Part shown: in pieces, positions 10,588-24,304 of the stretch | Layout: every line of letters starts with the position of its first letter | Position numbering within the stretch: position 1 is the stretch's first letter | Source: Eledone cirrhosa | Lineage: Eukaryota | Assembly: GCA_964016885.1 (NCBI GenBank) | Contig: OZ024740.1 | Coordinates: 100,750,001-100,814,000, forward strand | Direction: 5' to 3' | DNA: 64,000 nt | Made by a program: the position numbers and the translations under genes | The notes under the pieces: model-generated | Seen by the model: only the letters and a program-made list of their open reading frames with translations | What the model was told of the DNA's origin: nothing | Databases searched by the model: none

Positions 10588-12054
10588 AAAGGGGATGCTC
10601 TAGAGAGGAGCAATTATAGGGGCATAAAGCTGATGGATCAGGTTATGAAAGTGGCAGAGAGAATATCAGTGCAACTGATTAGAGAAAGGGTCAAATTAGA
10701 TGAGATGCAGTTTGGTTATGTGCCTCGGAAAAGTACAATAGATGCCCTCTTCTTAGTGAGGCAACTACAAGAGAGTTTCTTAGAGAAGAATAAGCCACTA
10801 TACATAGCTTTTATTAACCTAGAGAAGGCCTTTGATAGGATACCCCGATCTGTCATCTGGTGGTCCCTAAGGAAACTAGGTGTAGAGGAATGGCTTGTGA
10901 TGACAGTGCAAGCTATGTACAGGGGTGCTGTTAGTAAAGTGAGAATAGGAATGGAGTTTAGTGAGGAATTCCAGATACAAGTAGGTGTACATCAGGGTTC
11001 GGTCCTCAACCCGCTCTTGTTCATTATAGCCATAACAGAGGAGTTTAAGACTGGATGCCCATGGGAACTTCTCTATTCTGATGATCTGGTTCTTATAGCA
11101 GAATCAGTAGAGGAGCTAGAGAGTAAATTCTGGCTATGGAAACAGCAGTTGGAATCAAGAGGCCTGCGAGTGAACATAGCTAAGAAGAAAAGTGTTGATA
11201 AGTAGAAGAGAGGACAATACTCTGATTCCATCAGGGAAATGGCCATGTTCGATATGTAGGAAAGGAACTGGCATAAATTCCATAAAATGTATGCAATGCA
11301 GATCTTGAGTACACAATAGATGTAGTGGGATAGCTGGCAAACTAACAGGTAGGGAAAACTACGAATGCAGTAGATGTACATGGAAAGTTAGCAGTAGTAA
11401 TCACAGTGATAGACACATTTTTCCAATGCAGGTGGGTTCTATAGAAGTGCTTGATAGCTTCCAGTACCTAGGTATCAGATTAGCATGAGGTTGGGGTGTT
11501 CTGAGGCCATAGTATCTAGAATAAGGATGGGTTGGAAGAAGTTTAGGAAGCTGCTTCCTCTGTTGACAAAGAAAAGTTTCTCCCTGCGTATGAAAGGACG
11601 GTTATATGATGCCTGTGTGAGAGGTGCGATGCTGCATGGTAGTGAGACATGGGCAGCAACTGCAGAGGATATGCGATGGCTGGAGAGAAATGAAGCAAGC
11701 ATCCTCCGTTGGATGAGCAATGTCAATGTGCGTGAACGACCAAGCATGGACAAGTTGAAAAAGAAACTGGGTGTAAGAGGGATAAGTGTGCAGGAGAGAA
11801 GGCTGAGATGGTATGGACATGTGATGCGCATGGAGGATGACCGTTGGGTAAAGAAGTGCCCAGAAATCCCAGTAGAAGGAAGACGCAGTAGAGGTAGAGC
11901 ACGAAAAACATGGGCGGAGGTGGTGAGAGCAGACCTCAGATCACAGAAACTCACCGAGGAGATGACGAAGGACCGTGACAAGTGGAGAGATGCTGTGCCG
12001 AATAGGATCCGTCCAACCCTTGCAAGCAGGGAAAAGTGGATGTAAAATGATGAT
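10588..12054 (+). mobile_element. 5'-truncated, frameshifted RTE-family copy with PHD insert
   Basis: ORFs 10633-11205 (LEKAFD, HQGSVL, YSDD) and 11485-12045 are homologous to 6123-7742. Tail ccaacccttgcaagcagggaaaagtggatgtaaaatgatgat; (TA)n flanks. Confidence 0.88.
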
Positions 12055-13675
12055 ATATATATAATCACATATTCACAAATATGCTCTTCATATTTTGACT
12101 TTATCTTTTTATAACTCCACTAGTCTCATTTTTCCTCTGCTCTGCTTTTATTATTTACTCCTTATAAATAAAGATAGATTTTGTTATCTATTTGCCAAAA
12201 AAGTTCTCTACCTTCCTAAATTACTTTGTCTTGATTTTTTTCTTTGTTTTTTATTAACTAAAAAACAAAAACAAAATTGGGTTAAAAAAATCTGACTTCT
12301 TCAGTATAAATTTTTGTTTGAACTTCTAGCTTTTCTTCACCATGGAATAATTTTTCCCATAAAATCCCAAATGCTAAGTTTATAGCAGCATATCATGTAT
12401 AAAAATGGATTTCTTGTCACTTATTCATCAGAAAAAGACAATTATTTTCTATGTCAAGAATGTTTTTAGCAAACATACTTCTCTGTAAGGCATACAGTAG
12501 TAGATGATGGCAGTAGCTTCACACAGTTGTGTATTCAAGGCATAGAATTCCTTGCACCTTGTCAGTTTTTGATAGAAATAGTTTCACTTATAAAAGCTGA
12601 CAATAAGTATTCTGCAACAATGAAGTTAATAGCAAAACACCTACACAAACACACACATATATATATATATACACACACACTTAAGTGTCTTCATTGCCAG
12701 AATTGCACATTTCATGTTCTAAACCCTAGAACAAAAATATAATATTAAAAACATTACTAAAATGACAAACTGGTTAAAAATACAGACAGGAAGCTTAGAA
12801 ACTAACAAAATAATCTTCCACTAAATCTAATGTTCTTGGCTCTTTACTTTGGCTACTTATATATCATTATCTGCTCTCTCAGAGCTGAACATAGCTGTGC
12901 AATAAGAATGACAATCTGGGAAATTGGTTATATTCCAGATGGAAGGGTTTATGACTGGAACTATTCAAATATCTAACATGGGAATATCGAAACATAGCAA
13001 TACAGAAATAAGTTCTGTATTCGATGCGTGTCTCTTTCCAATTTGTTATGCAATCATAAGAAATATTTAATGTTATATTTATCAAAAGGTTGACAAATGT
13101 AAACAAAAGGGAATGGGGTTGGTAAAATAATGTATCAATCCAGGATCATTTGATTGTTGGATAAGATGCCGTGTGGTTTTTGTTCTAGCTCTATGAATTT
13201 TGAGTTGAAATCCCACTATGTCCAAATTTTGTGGTAGATTGAATTCATCATCTGGTTTAACATCCTTAGCCTGTCTTTAGGTGCAAGTATTTGGACTATA
13301 GCTCCAATTTGAGGTAGAATACCTCTCTGAAGCCAGTATCAGATGGCTTGAGAAAGACCATAGGCATTTCCTCTCCCTATTTATCTGAACAGCAAAAATA
13401 AAAATTCACACTATGCTGAGTTGAAAAAGTAAGAACACATTGGCTAATGTAGGCATTAAAATTTCAAAAAGATAGGATGGCCATTGGTAGAACACCTTTG
13501 ATCACAGGTATGATCAAGGGATCAAAGTTAATCTAGGGTTAAACAACTACAACAAAGAATGCCCTCCCTGATATAAAAAATCTCTTGATAGTTAAGAAAA
13601 TAAATCTGTGACCAGCAAGAACAGCAACTACAGAACCTTTTTTCTGTCAGTGTCTTCACTATTTGAATGTATTAT

Positions 13676-13850
13676 GTGGTGGATTGGCAGTATCGGTAGA
13701 GGGTTGGACGCCATGCTTTCCAGCATAGTTACGTCCCTTTACGATCTGAGTTCAGATCCCACCGAGGTTGACTTTGCCTTTCATCCTTATGGGGTCGATA
13801 AAATAAAGTACCAGTAATGCACTGACCTTGTGCCTAAAGTAGAAACAATT
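13676..13850 (+). mobile_element. tRNA-derived SINE family B (central domain resembles Meta-type SINE domain)
   Basis: gtggattggcagtatcggtagagg...gagttcagatccc...gactttgcctttcatccttatggggtcgataaaataaagtaccagt. Further copies at 21380-21580(-), 61762-61950, 62531-62720. Confidence 0.7.
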
Positions 13851-14391
13851 ATGAATTTCTAAGTTTTACAGCCAAATTTCTCCTCTGCTACTTGCACCTC
13901 CTCCTTCTCATCATCATCATCATCATCATTTATCATCCATTTCTTTTTGCTAGCAAATGTTGGATGAGTCATCACAGGCATTCAGTACTCAAGTGGTACT
14001 CCGGACTTCTCAGATGGGCTGAGTGTTTGCATGATACTTTCATATATCCCCACACTCCTCTGAGTGCTTATACTGGAGGAGTGGTGGAGGCCTTCATCTT
14101 GCTTACATATATTTTAGTGCTCTACGGAGTGATTTTATCATGCCACCAGTACTAGGGAAATTGTCATATCTTTCACACAGCTGAATATTCCTCCCAATCC
14201 TTTGTTTGGTAGGTTTACTATAGCCGGATATACTTCCTATAACCAAATTGGTTCATTGAAAATAATCCTTATGGTAATTTATTCTGTCCTTCTTATGTAC
14301 CGTAGGAGAGGGCAATAATAGTTTTTATAGCATTAGAATTACTAGCAGAAAAACTACCCATCGGGTGGTTTTCTGCTAGCATGTGTAGTGT

Positions 14392-14770
14392 CATCATCAT
14401 CATCATCACCGTTTTACATCCGTTCTTCCATGCTAGCATGGGTTAGACGGGTTGTCCTGTTGTGGGCAGTGTCTGGTCGGCTGACCATGGCTTGCTCATA
14501 CAGGAACTGATTTTGGCTTGATTCCTACAGCTGGATGCCCTTCCTAACACCAACCTCATTTACAGTGAGTGCTGGGTGCTTTTTTGCCATGGCGCCTACA
14601 CGTCCACTTTACAGTGTGGGCTGGGTGCCTTTTTGCCATGGCATCTCCACGACCACTTTGCAGTGGGAGGGTGTGGGGGCATATTGTCTATATGCTTCAG
14701 CTTGTACCCATGGGAGTTCGGGTACTCTGTATTAGTGCGTGATGCCAGAGTCACGGTCGTGTGTCATCAC
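14392..14770 (-). mobile_element. SINE or LINE 3'-UTR fragment sharing the RTE tail
   Basis: (CAT)n-ccgttttacatccgttcttccatgctagcatggg..., and ctggatgcccttcctaacaccaacc, the reverse complement of the RTE/SINE 3' end. Confidence 0.7.
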
Positions 14771-14990
14771 CTTTGAGAGGTGTAATTGGTGTGTATATTG
14801 ATATTATACACAAATATATATGCATGTAGATATGATACATCAAATAAAATCGTAATTGACAATATACAAAGAAATTGAACGAAGACTGGGTTACACTGTC
14901 TTATGTAATCAGTAACGTAATCCATGATCCATTAAACTGCATTAGGGGAAAATTAGCGATGGAATATATGCAATATTTTTATAAGTGTTA

Positions 14991-15941
14991 CTAGCAGTAA
15001 AGCCCGGCGTTGCTCGGGGTCGCTCAGTAGCTGTGTTAAAGTTACAATGTTAAGTTTCTTTCTTGGCTTAAAAACTGTAGTGTCTACTGTGCAGACTTGC
15101 ATGTGGTGTTTTTGATTAATATTCCCTCAACCAACAATATGCCTTATGAAGTTAAGAAAACATAACGATAACCCGAATGTTATAACAAAAGAGGATGCTG
15201 GGGATAGAAACTGCACTGGTTATTTATTAACAAAGATCGAAAATGTAAACACTGCAACGCAGAGAAAAACATTAGCGTAACCAAATTATCAGTTATGTCT
15301 GTCTGCACGCCTATATCACCTCTCTGCACGACTGTCTGTCTGCACGCCTATATCACCTCTCTGCACGACTGTCTGTCTGCACGCCTATATCAGCTCTCTG
15401 CACGACTGTCTGTCTGCACGCCTATATCACCTCTCTGCACGACTATCTGTCTGCACGCGTATATCACCTCTCTGCACGACTGTCTGTCTGCACGACTGTC
15501 TGTCTGCACGCCTAACGACGAAATATTTGCTTGTTTTACGTAGTCTTTAAATAGACTTGTTTTCAAGTAAAAATATTGTTTTAAAATGCTTTTAAATGGA
15601 AATGAAGCAAAACGGAAGCTTAGTATTCGAACTGATGAATTTTGCAGGTCAATATTTTGCTGGCTCGACAACTGTTCGTGTAGTGTAATTTTTTACGTAA
15701 GACGCTCAATGTAAACAGAACAAAGGGAAATAACTGATAACTTACGCTCAAAAATCGATACATTATATTCGATTTCGTCACATAGGGTGGGTCAATTTGA
15801 AATATTTTTTTTTCCGATGTCTTCGCTAGGGCTCAATGTACAAGTATAGCAATTTCGGTGCAATTCCGTGAGAGATTCTAAGAGGAGATGTGTGCCAAAA
15901 ATCGATAGACAGACAGACAACCACAGTTTTATATATATAGA
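14991..15941 (-). mobile_element. Non-autonomous Helitron
   Basis: Minus strand starts TCTATATATATAAAA followed by (GTCT)n. Ends cccgagcaacgccggg-ctttactg-CTAG. Inserted between A and T. Confidence 0.85.
15301..15513. repeat. 37-bp minisatellite, 5 full units plus partial units, inside the Helitron
   Basis: Unit gtctgcacgcctatatcacctctctgcacgactgtct. Confidence 0.9.
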
Positions 15942-18128
15942 TAATATAACGGCCACTAACCAGAAGTGTTGACATTTAAAAATTTTAAAGAAGTGAATCA
16001 TTAAATATGCTATAAAATATATTTAATCAACAGCCACGAAATTTAGCACATAAATTATGTAATATTCATTCATTATTTATTCAAAGTAATCCAACTTATT
16101 TTACAAACAGGGTAAAAAAATATATTCTGGACGGAGTCCCGCACTTCTTACTTTATTATAGTTAAGATTCTGACTATCTGCACTCTGAATTCAAATCTTG
16201 TCAAGCCCAATTTTGCTTTTCATTCTATTCAAGGTTAATAAGTAATATACCAGTTCAACAATAGAATTTCTTCTTCTTCTTCTTCTTCTTCTTCTCCTCT
16301 TCCTCCCTCATGGGACAGTCCAACAGTCCAAAGGTATGGTAAATGACACTTTCTCAAGTGGGATTGAACATGGTGCCTTAGAGTTACAAAGCAAAATTTT
16401 TAACCACTTGGCCACGTTGCCTCCACAGTAACCAAACAAGCCAATGAATGATCTTCTATGCCTGTCATGGAGAAAACCTCTTAACCATGGGCTAAATTTT
16501 GGCCACACTCAAATGATGATGATTACTATTTTATTGCTTCCTCATAACTTTCCTTCCTTTTCTTTCTTTTTTTCTTCTGAAGAAAAATTGTTCAAAACAC
16601 TCAACACTTCTTGCTATTTTTTCTTTGAGCATTAAACCAATACATTATACTGTCTACTCCTGTTTTTGTACTTTTTTGTTTCATTTTTATGCTTTCATGG
16701 GTTGTCATGCTATGAAGCTAGGCTGGTCAGGTGACTGTCTTGTTCATACATATCTGTTTGGGGCTTGGTTTTCTACAGCTGGATGCTCTTACTAACACCA
16801 TCAGTGTATGCTGGGAACTTTTTATAGTGAACTGTGTTGTTTTACTAGGATGAGTACCTAACATAGTGGATTGGATGCTTTTATCATGGCATGTCACAAT
16901 TACTTTATTTTTCATCCTCTTTCACTGCTTCTTCTCTTGTCATCATTCACTCTTCTATTCACTCTATTGAAGATGTTGCATTGAATTAATGAAGACAACA
17001 TAAAGCATTGAGATCTCCTTTGTTTAGCATGTCATATGACAATGCCACTAGTACCCAAGCCATGGTAAGATGGCTGGTAATTGAGTGAAAACAACACAAC
17101 ATTAATAAGATCCTTTGGTCATGCTAAGGGTACAATAAACATTTTAGTGCTTATGCCACAATAAAATTCCCCCAGTGTACTCTGTAATGTGACTGATATT
17201 AAGAAGAATATCCAAACATAGAAACCTTACCAAATATGGAAGGTACAAGTGAAATGTTGTCTCCGAATAAGAATTAAGTCTAAATATATAAATTTATCCA
17301 ACCCATATCAACACGGAAAGCATATGTAATATGATGATAATCATGATGATAATCATGTTGATAATGAAGACATAGTGTTGAAGGAATGACAGAACCCATA
17401 AGAGCTACTCAGAAGTAGGTAAATGTGCAAATGCCGCATGTTAGCCAGCAATGCCAATATAAAAGGATCAATACAATAGTGAATTACAGAGAAGTTTTCA
17501 GAAAATGCATTCATTGCTAGTTATGGTATTGGTTATTTCTTTGTCTAATCAATAATAAAAGATAAAATGGTAAAAATCAAGTTTTAAAATATATTCAAAA
17601 GCAAAATAAAAATCATTGTTGATCATGACAATTTATATTTATTTTTTTATATTTTTTCTCTTCTTAAATTTTATTTATTATATATTTGCATTACTTCTAT
17701 CTTTCTTTTCTTTTCTTTTCTTTTAGCTAAATCAGCAATCATTACTAACGAATATTGAAAATATAATTAGCTAGAAATCTTAGCCCAAGGGCAGCCACAG
17801 GAAGAGATATTCTGTTGAGTAAAAAATGTGAACTATGGAATTTCAGTTTTGACTTTAAATGAATATGGTGTAGGGCATTTAGTTAGTGTGTATGAGTGTG
17901 GGAGTTTGAGTGCATGGGAGTGTTTATACATAAAGGTGCCTGTGTGAATATATGAGTGGTTTTGTGTATAAGTCTGTGAAGTTATATGTTTGTATGCATG
18001 TGTGTGTATATCCGCAAAACAATTCCTATATGTGTACGTTTTTAAAGGTGTAATTAATGCATATGTCTGTCTTTATAGATAGTTCTGTAATATTCTCAAA
18101 GCTTTTGTTCCTATATATATACATACAT

Positions 18129-18473
18129 GGAGGCACATGGCTTAGTGGTTAGAGCATTGGCCTTGCAATCAAAAGGTTGCAAGTTCAATTCTCAGACTGG
18201 GTGATGTGTTGTTTCCTTGAGCAAGACACTTTATTTCACATTGCTCCAGTTTACTCAGCTGTAGAAATGAGATGATAGGACTGGGATCCCTATCATTCCA
18301 CTGCAAAGTGGTCGTGGAGGTGCCATGGCAAAAAAGCACCCAACACATACTGTAAATGAGGTTGGTGTTAGGAAGGGCATCCAGCTGTAGGGATCAAGCC
18401 AGAATCAGTGCACGTCCCACCCTTGCAAGCAGGGAAAAAGCGGACGTAAAATGATGATGATGATGATGATGAT
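18129..18473 (+). mobile_element. Full-length tRNA-derived CORE-type SINE family A with RTE-derived tail
   Basis: A box tggcttagtgg, B box agttcaattc, CORE-like ccttgagcaagacact...cagctgtagaaatgag, RTE 3' end plus (GAT)n. Confidence 0.85.
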
Positions 18474-20289
18474 ATATATATATATATATATAGGAAAATA
18501 GTCAGGATCCCGACGGCTGAGCTCTGGCTGTTTCAACTGCTAGATCTGAACCAACCCAGCAGTATTAGATATATATATATGTTTTTCAAAGCTGGTATGA
18601 GTTGGAAGAAACATTTTGAAGCAATGTTTTATGACTGGATTCCTCAATCCTGCATTGTCTCACTTTGGTTGCTACCACAATATAGATTACACTGGGTGCA
18701 GTTTATCATGGCCCCAACACCACCGAATTTGCCTTGGGACACACAAAATTAAAAGGTACTCCCTAAGTTTAATCTAAGTAACATGACTCAGCAGCTGAAG
18801 AGAAGCAAAATGAATGAAGGACGAGCATGAGAGGTTTGAGAGTCTGTGTGTAAATTGGCATGTGGGGTAGCATTACGAAGGACATCCAGCTGTTGAAATC
18901 ATGTCAAAATAAATTGAGTAGACTTCAGTTTCTTCAAGAATATGACAACGTCTCTAATGCTGGTGCCACCATAAAATGCATCCAGAACAAACTATAAAGT
19001 GTTTGACTTTAGAAAGGCATCTTACCATAGAATCCATGTCAAAACAGTTTTGAGCAAACTCTTCTGTTGTGTCAAGTACATAACAACCTTACTGGTTTCA
19101 CAATAAAATGCCACCAATACACATTGTCAAGTGGTTAATTTTAGGAAGGTCTTCCAGTCATAGAAATCATACCAAAACCAGAATGTATATAATAAGCAAG
19201 ACATATTTCCCCTGTGCCATCTAAAAGATAAGGTGCTCTGATTAAGTACTATCTTGGTTTCAAGTGATCTGCTCAGGCCATCTCAGAATGGAAAACTAGA
19301 TGATGGTGATGATTTATAATGATTTATAAGAATTAAAGTTTGAACCCAGTACTTGACTAGTACTTTATCTTATTGAGCATTGATTACTCAGTAAAGGCTA
19401 GCTCGAGGCTAAACAGCAACAGTTTCTTAAATGTTCATAAGAATACACATTTGTACAAAAACGTGATGCAAAAATAATATACATGCTTAGTATTTTTTTA
19501 AATATACTTAGATGGAAGAAAAGCAATGTTAGGATATACTTAAGATTAAAATGCTAATTAGAAATAATTATGTGATGAGAATAAAAGAAAACAGTATTAG
19601 TTAATAACTAATATTGTTTTAATTATTTTTGCAAGTATAGGAAACAACTGCATGCACAGTCCAGTCTAATTATAACCTTGTCAATAAAGCATAGACTTCT
19701 CCATACATGACAAAGTAATGTTGAAAGAAGCACTATGTAAATATACAAGATTGTACATTGGTTAACATAGGAATATATAATTGTTTAGTGAAAAAATAAT
19801 TCAGAGATGCCTGCTACATGGACAAAATAAGTAAATTGGTGTTAACATATTCAATGTAGTGAATATTAAATTGCTAACTCAAAATGATTATACAGTGATG
19901 AAATAACAATATTTGTCAGTCTTGAATGTAATACATAATGAGAAAAATATCTAATAGGTATTTATCATAATAATGAATAAAACACAGAATGCAATTTAGT
20001 TTTTCTAGACGCTTATCTTCATATTTTGTTACTATTTTTCTTTTTTTACATTTCTTAAGTGTATCCTGATTAGTATACTTCTTATTTGGTTTCAGGTAAA
20101 TTATTTTTGCATATAAAAATATTTGATGTCTGGTTTCAACCCAAGAACATGTACTTCTAAAGTAGTTTTCAATGTATAAATGTTTTTTTAAGATTCATAT
20201 CCACAACTACTTCCCAAAATCAAAGAAAACACATCCACCATATTGGCAGAAACATCTCTAACCAATATCTTCTTCTTCTTCTTCTTCTT

Positions 20290-20320
<31 letters not shown>

Positions 20321-20429
20321 GACGAGGCCAGGGTCATCCTAAGTCCACTAGACTCTACACACGATGATGCTTTGGGATTGCTGACTTAGGGTGTTGGATC
20401 ATGATGTCATGGCTTTTATTCTAGGATTG

Positions 20430-20625
20430 GTTTGTGTGTTGTGTTCTTGAGCAAAACACTTCTTTTCATGTTGCTCCAGTATACTCAGCTGAAAATGAGT
20501 ACCAGCAATAGCTGGGTGTTTAACCCTGCAATAGACTGGCATCCTGTCCAGTGAGAGGAGTGTTGTACTCTCAGTCACTTCATGAAACTAGGATAAGCAC
20601 TGGCCTAACGAGTCTTCTAGCTTGA
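20430..20625 (+). mobile_element. SINE family C fragment (CORE-like domain plus gactggcatcctgtcca domain)
   Basis: Homologous to 63806-64000(-). Confidence 0.6.
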
Positions 20626-21379
20626 GACAGACTTTAGATTTAGAACCAACAACTAAACATATATATATATATTAATTCACACATAAACTACTAACCATCT
20701 ATATACTTTTCATTCAGAAATGATTAACTATCTATATATTTACTCACACACTAATATATTATTCATTGACACATTACTAACCATCTATATATATCATGTT
20801 CACTCACAAATATATATTTATTCACAAAATTCTTAACTGAATGACATGTGCACACACACACACACACAAATGAATAAGCACACACACACAAATGAATAAG
20901 CACACACACATGTGCACAACCATACACACATGCACACACATACACCATACTCGAACTTCAAACTTTAAGAACTATTTGTCAGTAGGAAATTGGATATTGA
21001 AATATTTCACAGAAAGCTACCTTTCTGAGCTATATTGCTATAGGCTACATTCATATCTACAAGTGCTGGACAGTAGAATGGACTACACACACACGTGTAT
21101 ACATACAGAATAGAAGCAACCAAGACTGTATAAATGTGAATATAAATTTACACATTTTTTAATAGATAGAGATATAAACTTGCCAATACATATTATCCCA
21201 GTAAATTGAAAAAAATCTAAACACCTTTAACCGACTCCAATAGCAATCTGCTCCTTAGACTGGTAATTCAACAAAAAATAATGTTGAATTTCCAGTCTGA
21301 TGAGCAGATCGATAATGGAGTCAGGTCCATAACTTCTATGGATAACCTTGAGCCAATAGATTGTGAAATGCGCATCACA

Positions 21380-21580
21380 GGTTGATACATAATAATTGTT
21401 TCTACTTTTTGCACAAGGCCAGCAATTATCCCAGTACATTACTGGTACTTTATTTTATCGACCCCATAAGGATGAAAGGCAAAGTTAACCTCGGCGAGAT
21501 TTGAACTCAGATCATAAAGGGCCGTAACTCTTTGCTGCAAAGCATGACGTCCGACCCTCTACCGATATTGCCAACCACTG
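21380..21580 (-). mobile_element. SINE family B copy
   Basis: Reverse complement of 13676-13850. Confidence 0.7.
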
Positions 21581-23052
21581 CCCTTTCGATACATAATAAA
21601 AACTAAATATATGTATACAAACGTTCATCGTTGTTCTTAATATATACACTCTACCTGTGCATTGAGTGCTTGTTTTGGTACAGCCACCAGTAATTATATA
21701 TATTATTCCATTCATCAAAAAGAATGTAAAAAGGTGAAATGAAAGCATAATTATATGCATTTGTTATTGCTTCAGCAGATGAAAACCATTTGTGTAGATG
21801 TAGGTGTTTGTGGGTTGTGTGTACATGCGCATGCATTACTGTAGCATTTGTTTGCCTCTCTATCCCTCCCATACTTTATCTGTCATCCCACTGAGTATAT
21901 ATGCTCCTCCTTCAACCCATATGTTAATTTTCTCTCTCTCTCTAAATTCTTGGTCTTTGAACTTCTCTTGGGACAAAAGTGCAAAGTTCAAGTGGGTGAC
22001 TCTGTCTGCTCACAACTACATGGGTATGTAATGCAAAAGCGAAGACATAAAGTGAAAGTCTTTTCTGCTTATCAGATTTTGCTTGATTGTAAGTGATGCC
22101 TGATATCATGGAAACCTAACATTAATCAAAACTTACAGACACTATAAACAGTCTTTGGTATTTCCTATGTAATATGTTTATTTCTTTCAAGCGGGTTTCT
22201 TTATTTTCATTAATCTGTAGGAGCTGCTGCCTTTCCAATCAATTAATTCTCTTTCTTTGCTTCTATTTTGTATTTGTTTGTGTTATCTTTTGTGCTATTT
22301 CTGCTTTTTGTCTTCTGTTTTCTTTTTGATTCACTGTGGGTCTGTTGCAGATCAAAGTGTTAATAAAGGAATGTTTTCATTCTATGAAAAATGTAGATGG
22401 GAAAAAATATATGAAGAAAATATAATTTCCATAAGGACATATACTACAACCTCCCATATTTCTCCCTTTTCTTACTATAGTCTATCTTTCTATTTCTTAG
22501 TCTATCGTCTTATAAAGGACCAATGTTCAAAACATTTAGTCACTTTTCCTACTATATTAAGCTTTAAACTAATATATATCACCATCATACTGTATTGTTT
22601 CCTAGTGTTGCTTTTTTTGTTGAATTTTCACATACATGTGTTTGTGTATATATATATTGTAAAATTGTTAGAAACACAGAAATAGCTCTAAAATAGCCAG
22701 CTGCAATTTGTGGTCTTATGGGTCCCAGTACGACAGAATATCTATCTATCAACATCATCATTGTCATCATTTAACATCTATCTTCTGCACAAACAAGGGT
22801 TAGACAGGTGCATTTTATTGTGGCACCCATACTAGAGGGTCTGACATGTCAATTGTTCACAGCCGGATTCCCTTCCTATCACCAACTACTTTATAGACTC
22901 TACTGGATGTTATATATATATATATATCATCATCATCATCATCATCTTTGTTTAACGTCCATTTTCCACTCTAGCAAGGGTTACACGGATATAAAGTGCT
23001 TATATATATATATGTATGTATATATGTGTATATGTATGTGTATGTATATATG

Positions 23053-23129
<77 letters not shown>

Positions 23130-23937
23130 GTATGTATATATGTGTATATGGATGTGTAAGTATGTGTATGTGTGTACACATGGACTAGAGTATGTATGTA
23201 TATATGAGTGTGTCTATACGTGTGTATATAAAGATAAGTTGAGTATGAAAATGTATACACATGAGCACGTATGTATGTACATGAATACATGTGTGTATAT
23301 ATATGTGTATGCATGTGTATATATATGTAAGTATGAATATGTGAATTGTGAGTATATGTATTTTGTAGAGGTGTGCAAATATATTTGTGTGTGAATGCGT
23401 GGGTGAAAGGATATGTACACTTGAAAGAAAAATTTAAGTCTGAATGTTAATTAAGTGCAAACACAAAACCAACCACGCATATCTTTACTATCTCTAATCC
23501 TTCTATAGATTTAGAAAAATAACCAATAATATATTCTATAAAAAATGTCAAAACAACAGATGGGAATCTAATTACTCACTGCCACCAAGAATTCTCACTG
23601 CTATCGAAAAACCACTCCTTCAACTATTCTTCTAACAACTTCACCCCTCCCTCCTAATATTCTCTATAAAAACTAAATAGGTCCTCAGTAATATTATTCT
23701 GATGAAATGACAGTAAATAATAACATTGAAATATTGAATGTCTGCATAACTAAAAGTTTGTAGATAGCTGTTTTAGGTTATGTAACTGTTATAGAAACAC
23801 GTGTCAATAAATTCCTTTCAACTAAACTGTATCCATTCAAATCTTTCTATATATATATATATATATATATATATTTGATATATATTTATCCTTATCGAGT
23901 CCTCTTTGGATTTTAGTCTTCAAATTTATTATGCTAT

Positions 23938-23973
<36 letters not shown>

Positions 23974-24082
23974 TAATAAAATAATAAATTTGAAGACTAA
24001 AATCCTAAGAGGGCTCGATAAGGATAAATATATATCAAATATATATATATAACATCAAGTTCAGTCTGTAAAGTAGTTGGTG

Positions 24083-24145
<63 letters not shown>

Positions 24146-24241
24146 TTTCATTAATCTGTAGGAGCTGCTGCCTTTCCAATCAATTAATTCTCTTTCTTTG
24201 CTTCTATTTTGTATTTGTTTGTGTTATATATATATATATAC

Positions 24242-24278
<37 letters not shown>

Positions 24279-24304
24279 TCTATATATATGTATGTATGTA
24301 TGTT

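Noticed and set aside
12870-12980. Possible host exon after ctctctcag (…MTIWEIGYIPDGRVYDWNYSNI*)
   Set aside because: No recognisable homology and no partner exons; it cannot be supported without transcript data.
15301-15513. CRISPR-like regular repeat
   Set aside because: No unique spacers; it is a plain minisatellite inside a Helitron in eukaryotic DNA.
18129-18200. tRNA gene
   Set aside because: A SINE head with A/B boxes but no complete cloverleaf, continuing into CORE and LINE tail. The same applies to the other SINE heads and the foldback units.
21880-22120. Possible second Penelope GIY-YIG C-terminal remnant
   Set aside because: Similarity is too weak to call by eye.
22808-23420. 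ORFs rich in YI/HT/CV (also at 24198-25059, 32155-32601, 40322-40685, 50696-51066, 60139-60996)
   Set aside because: Translations of microsatellites, not genes.
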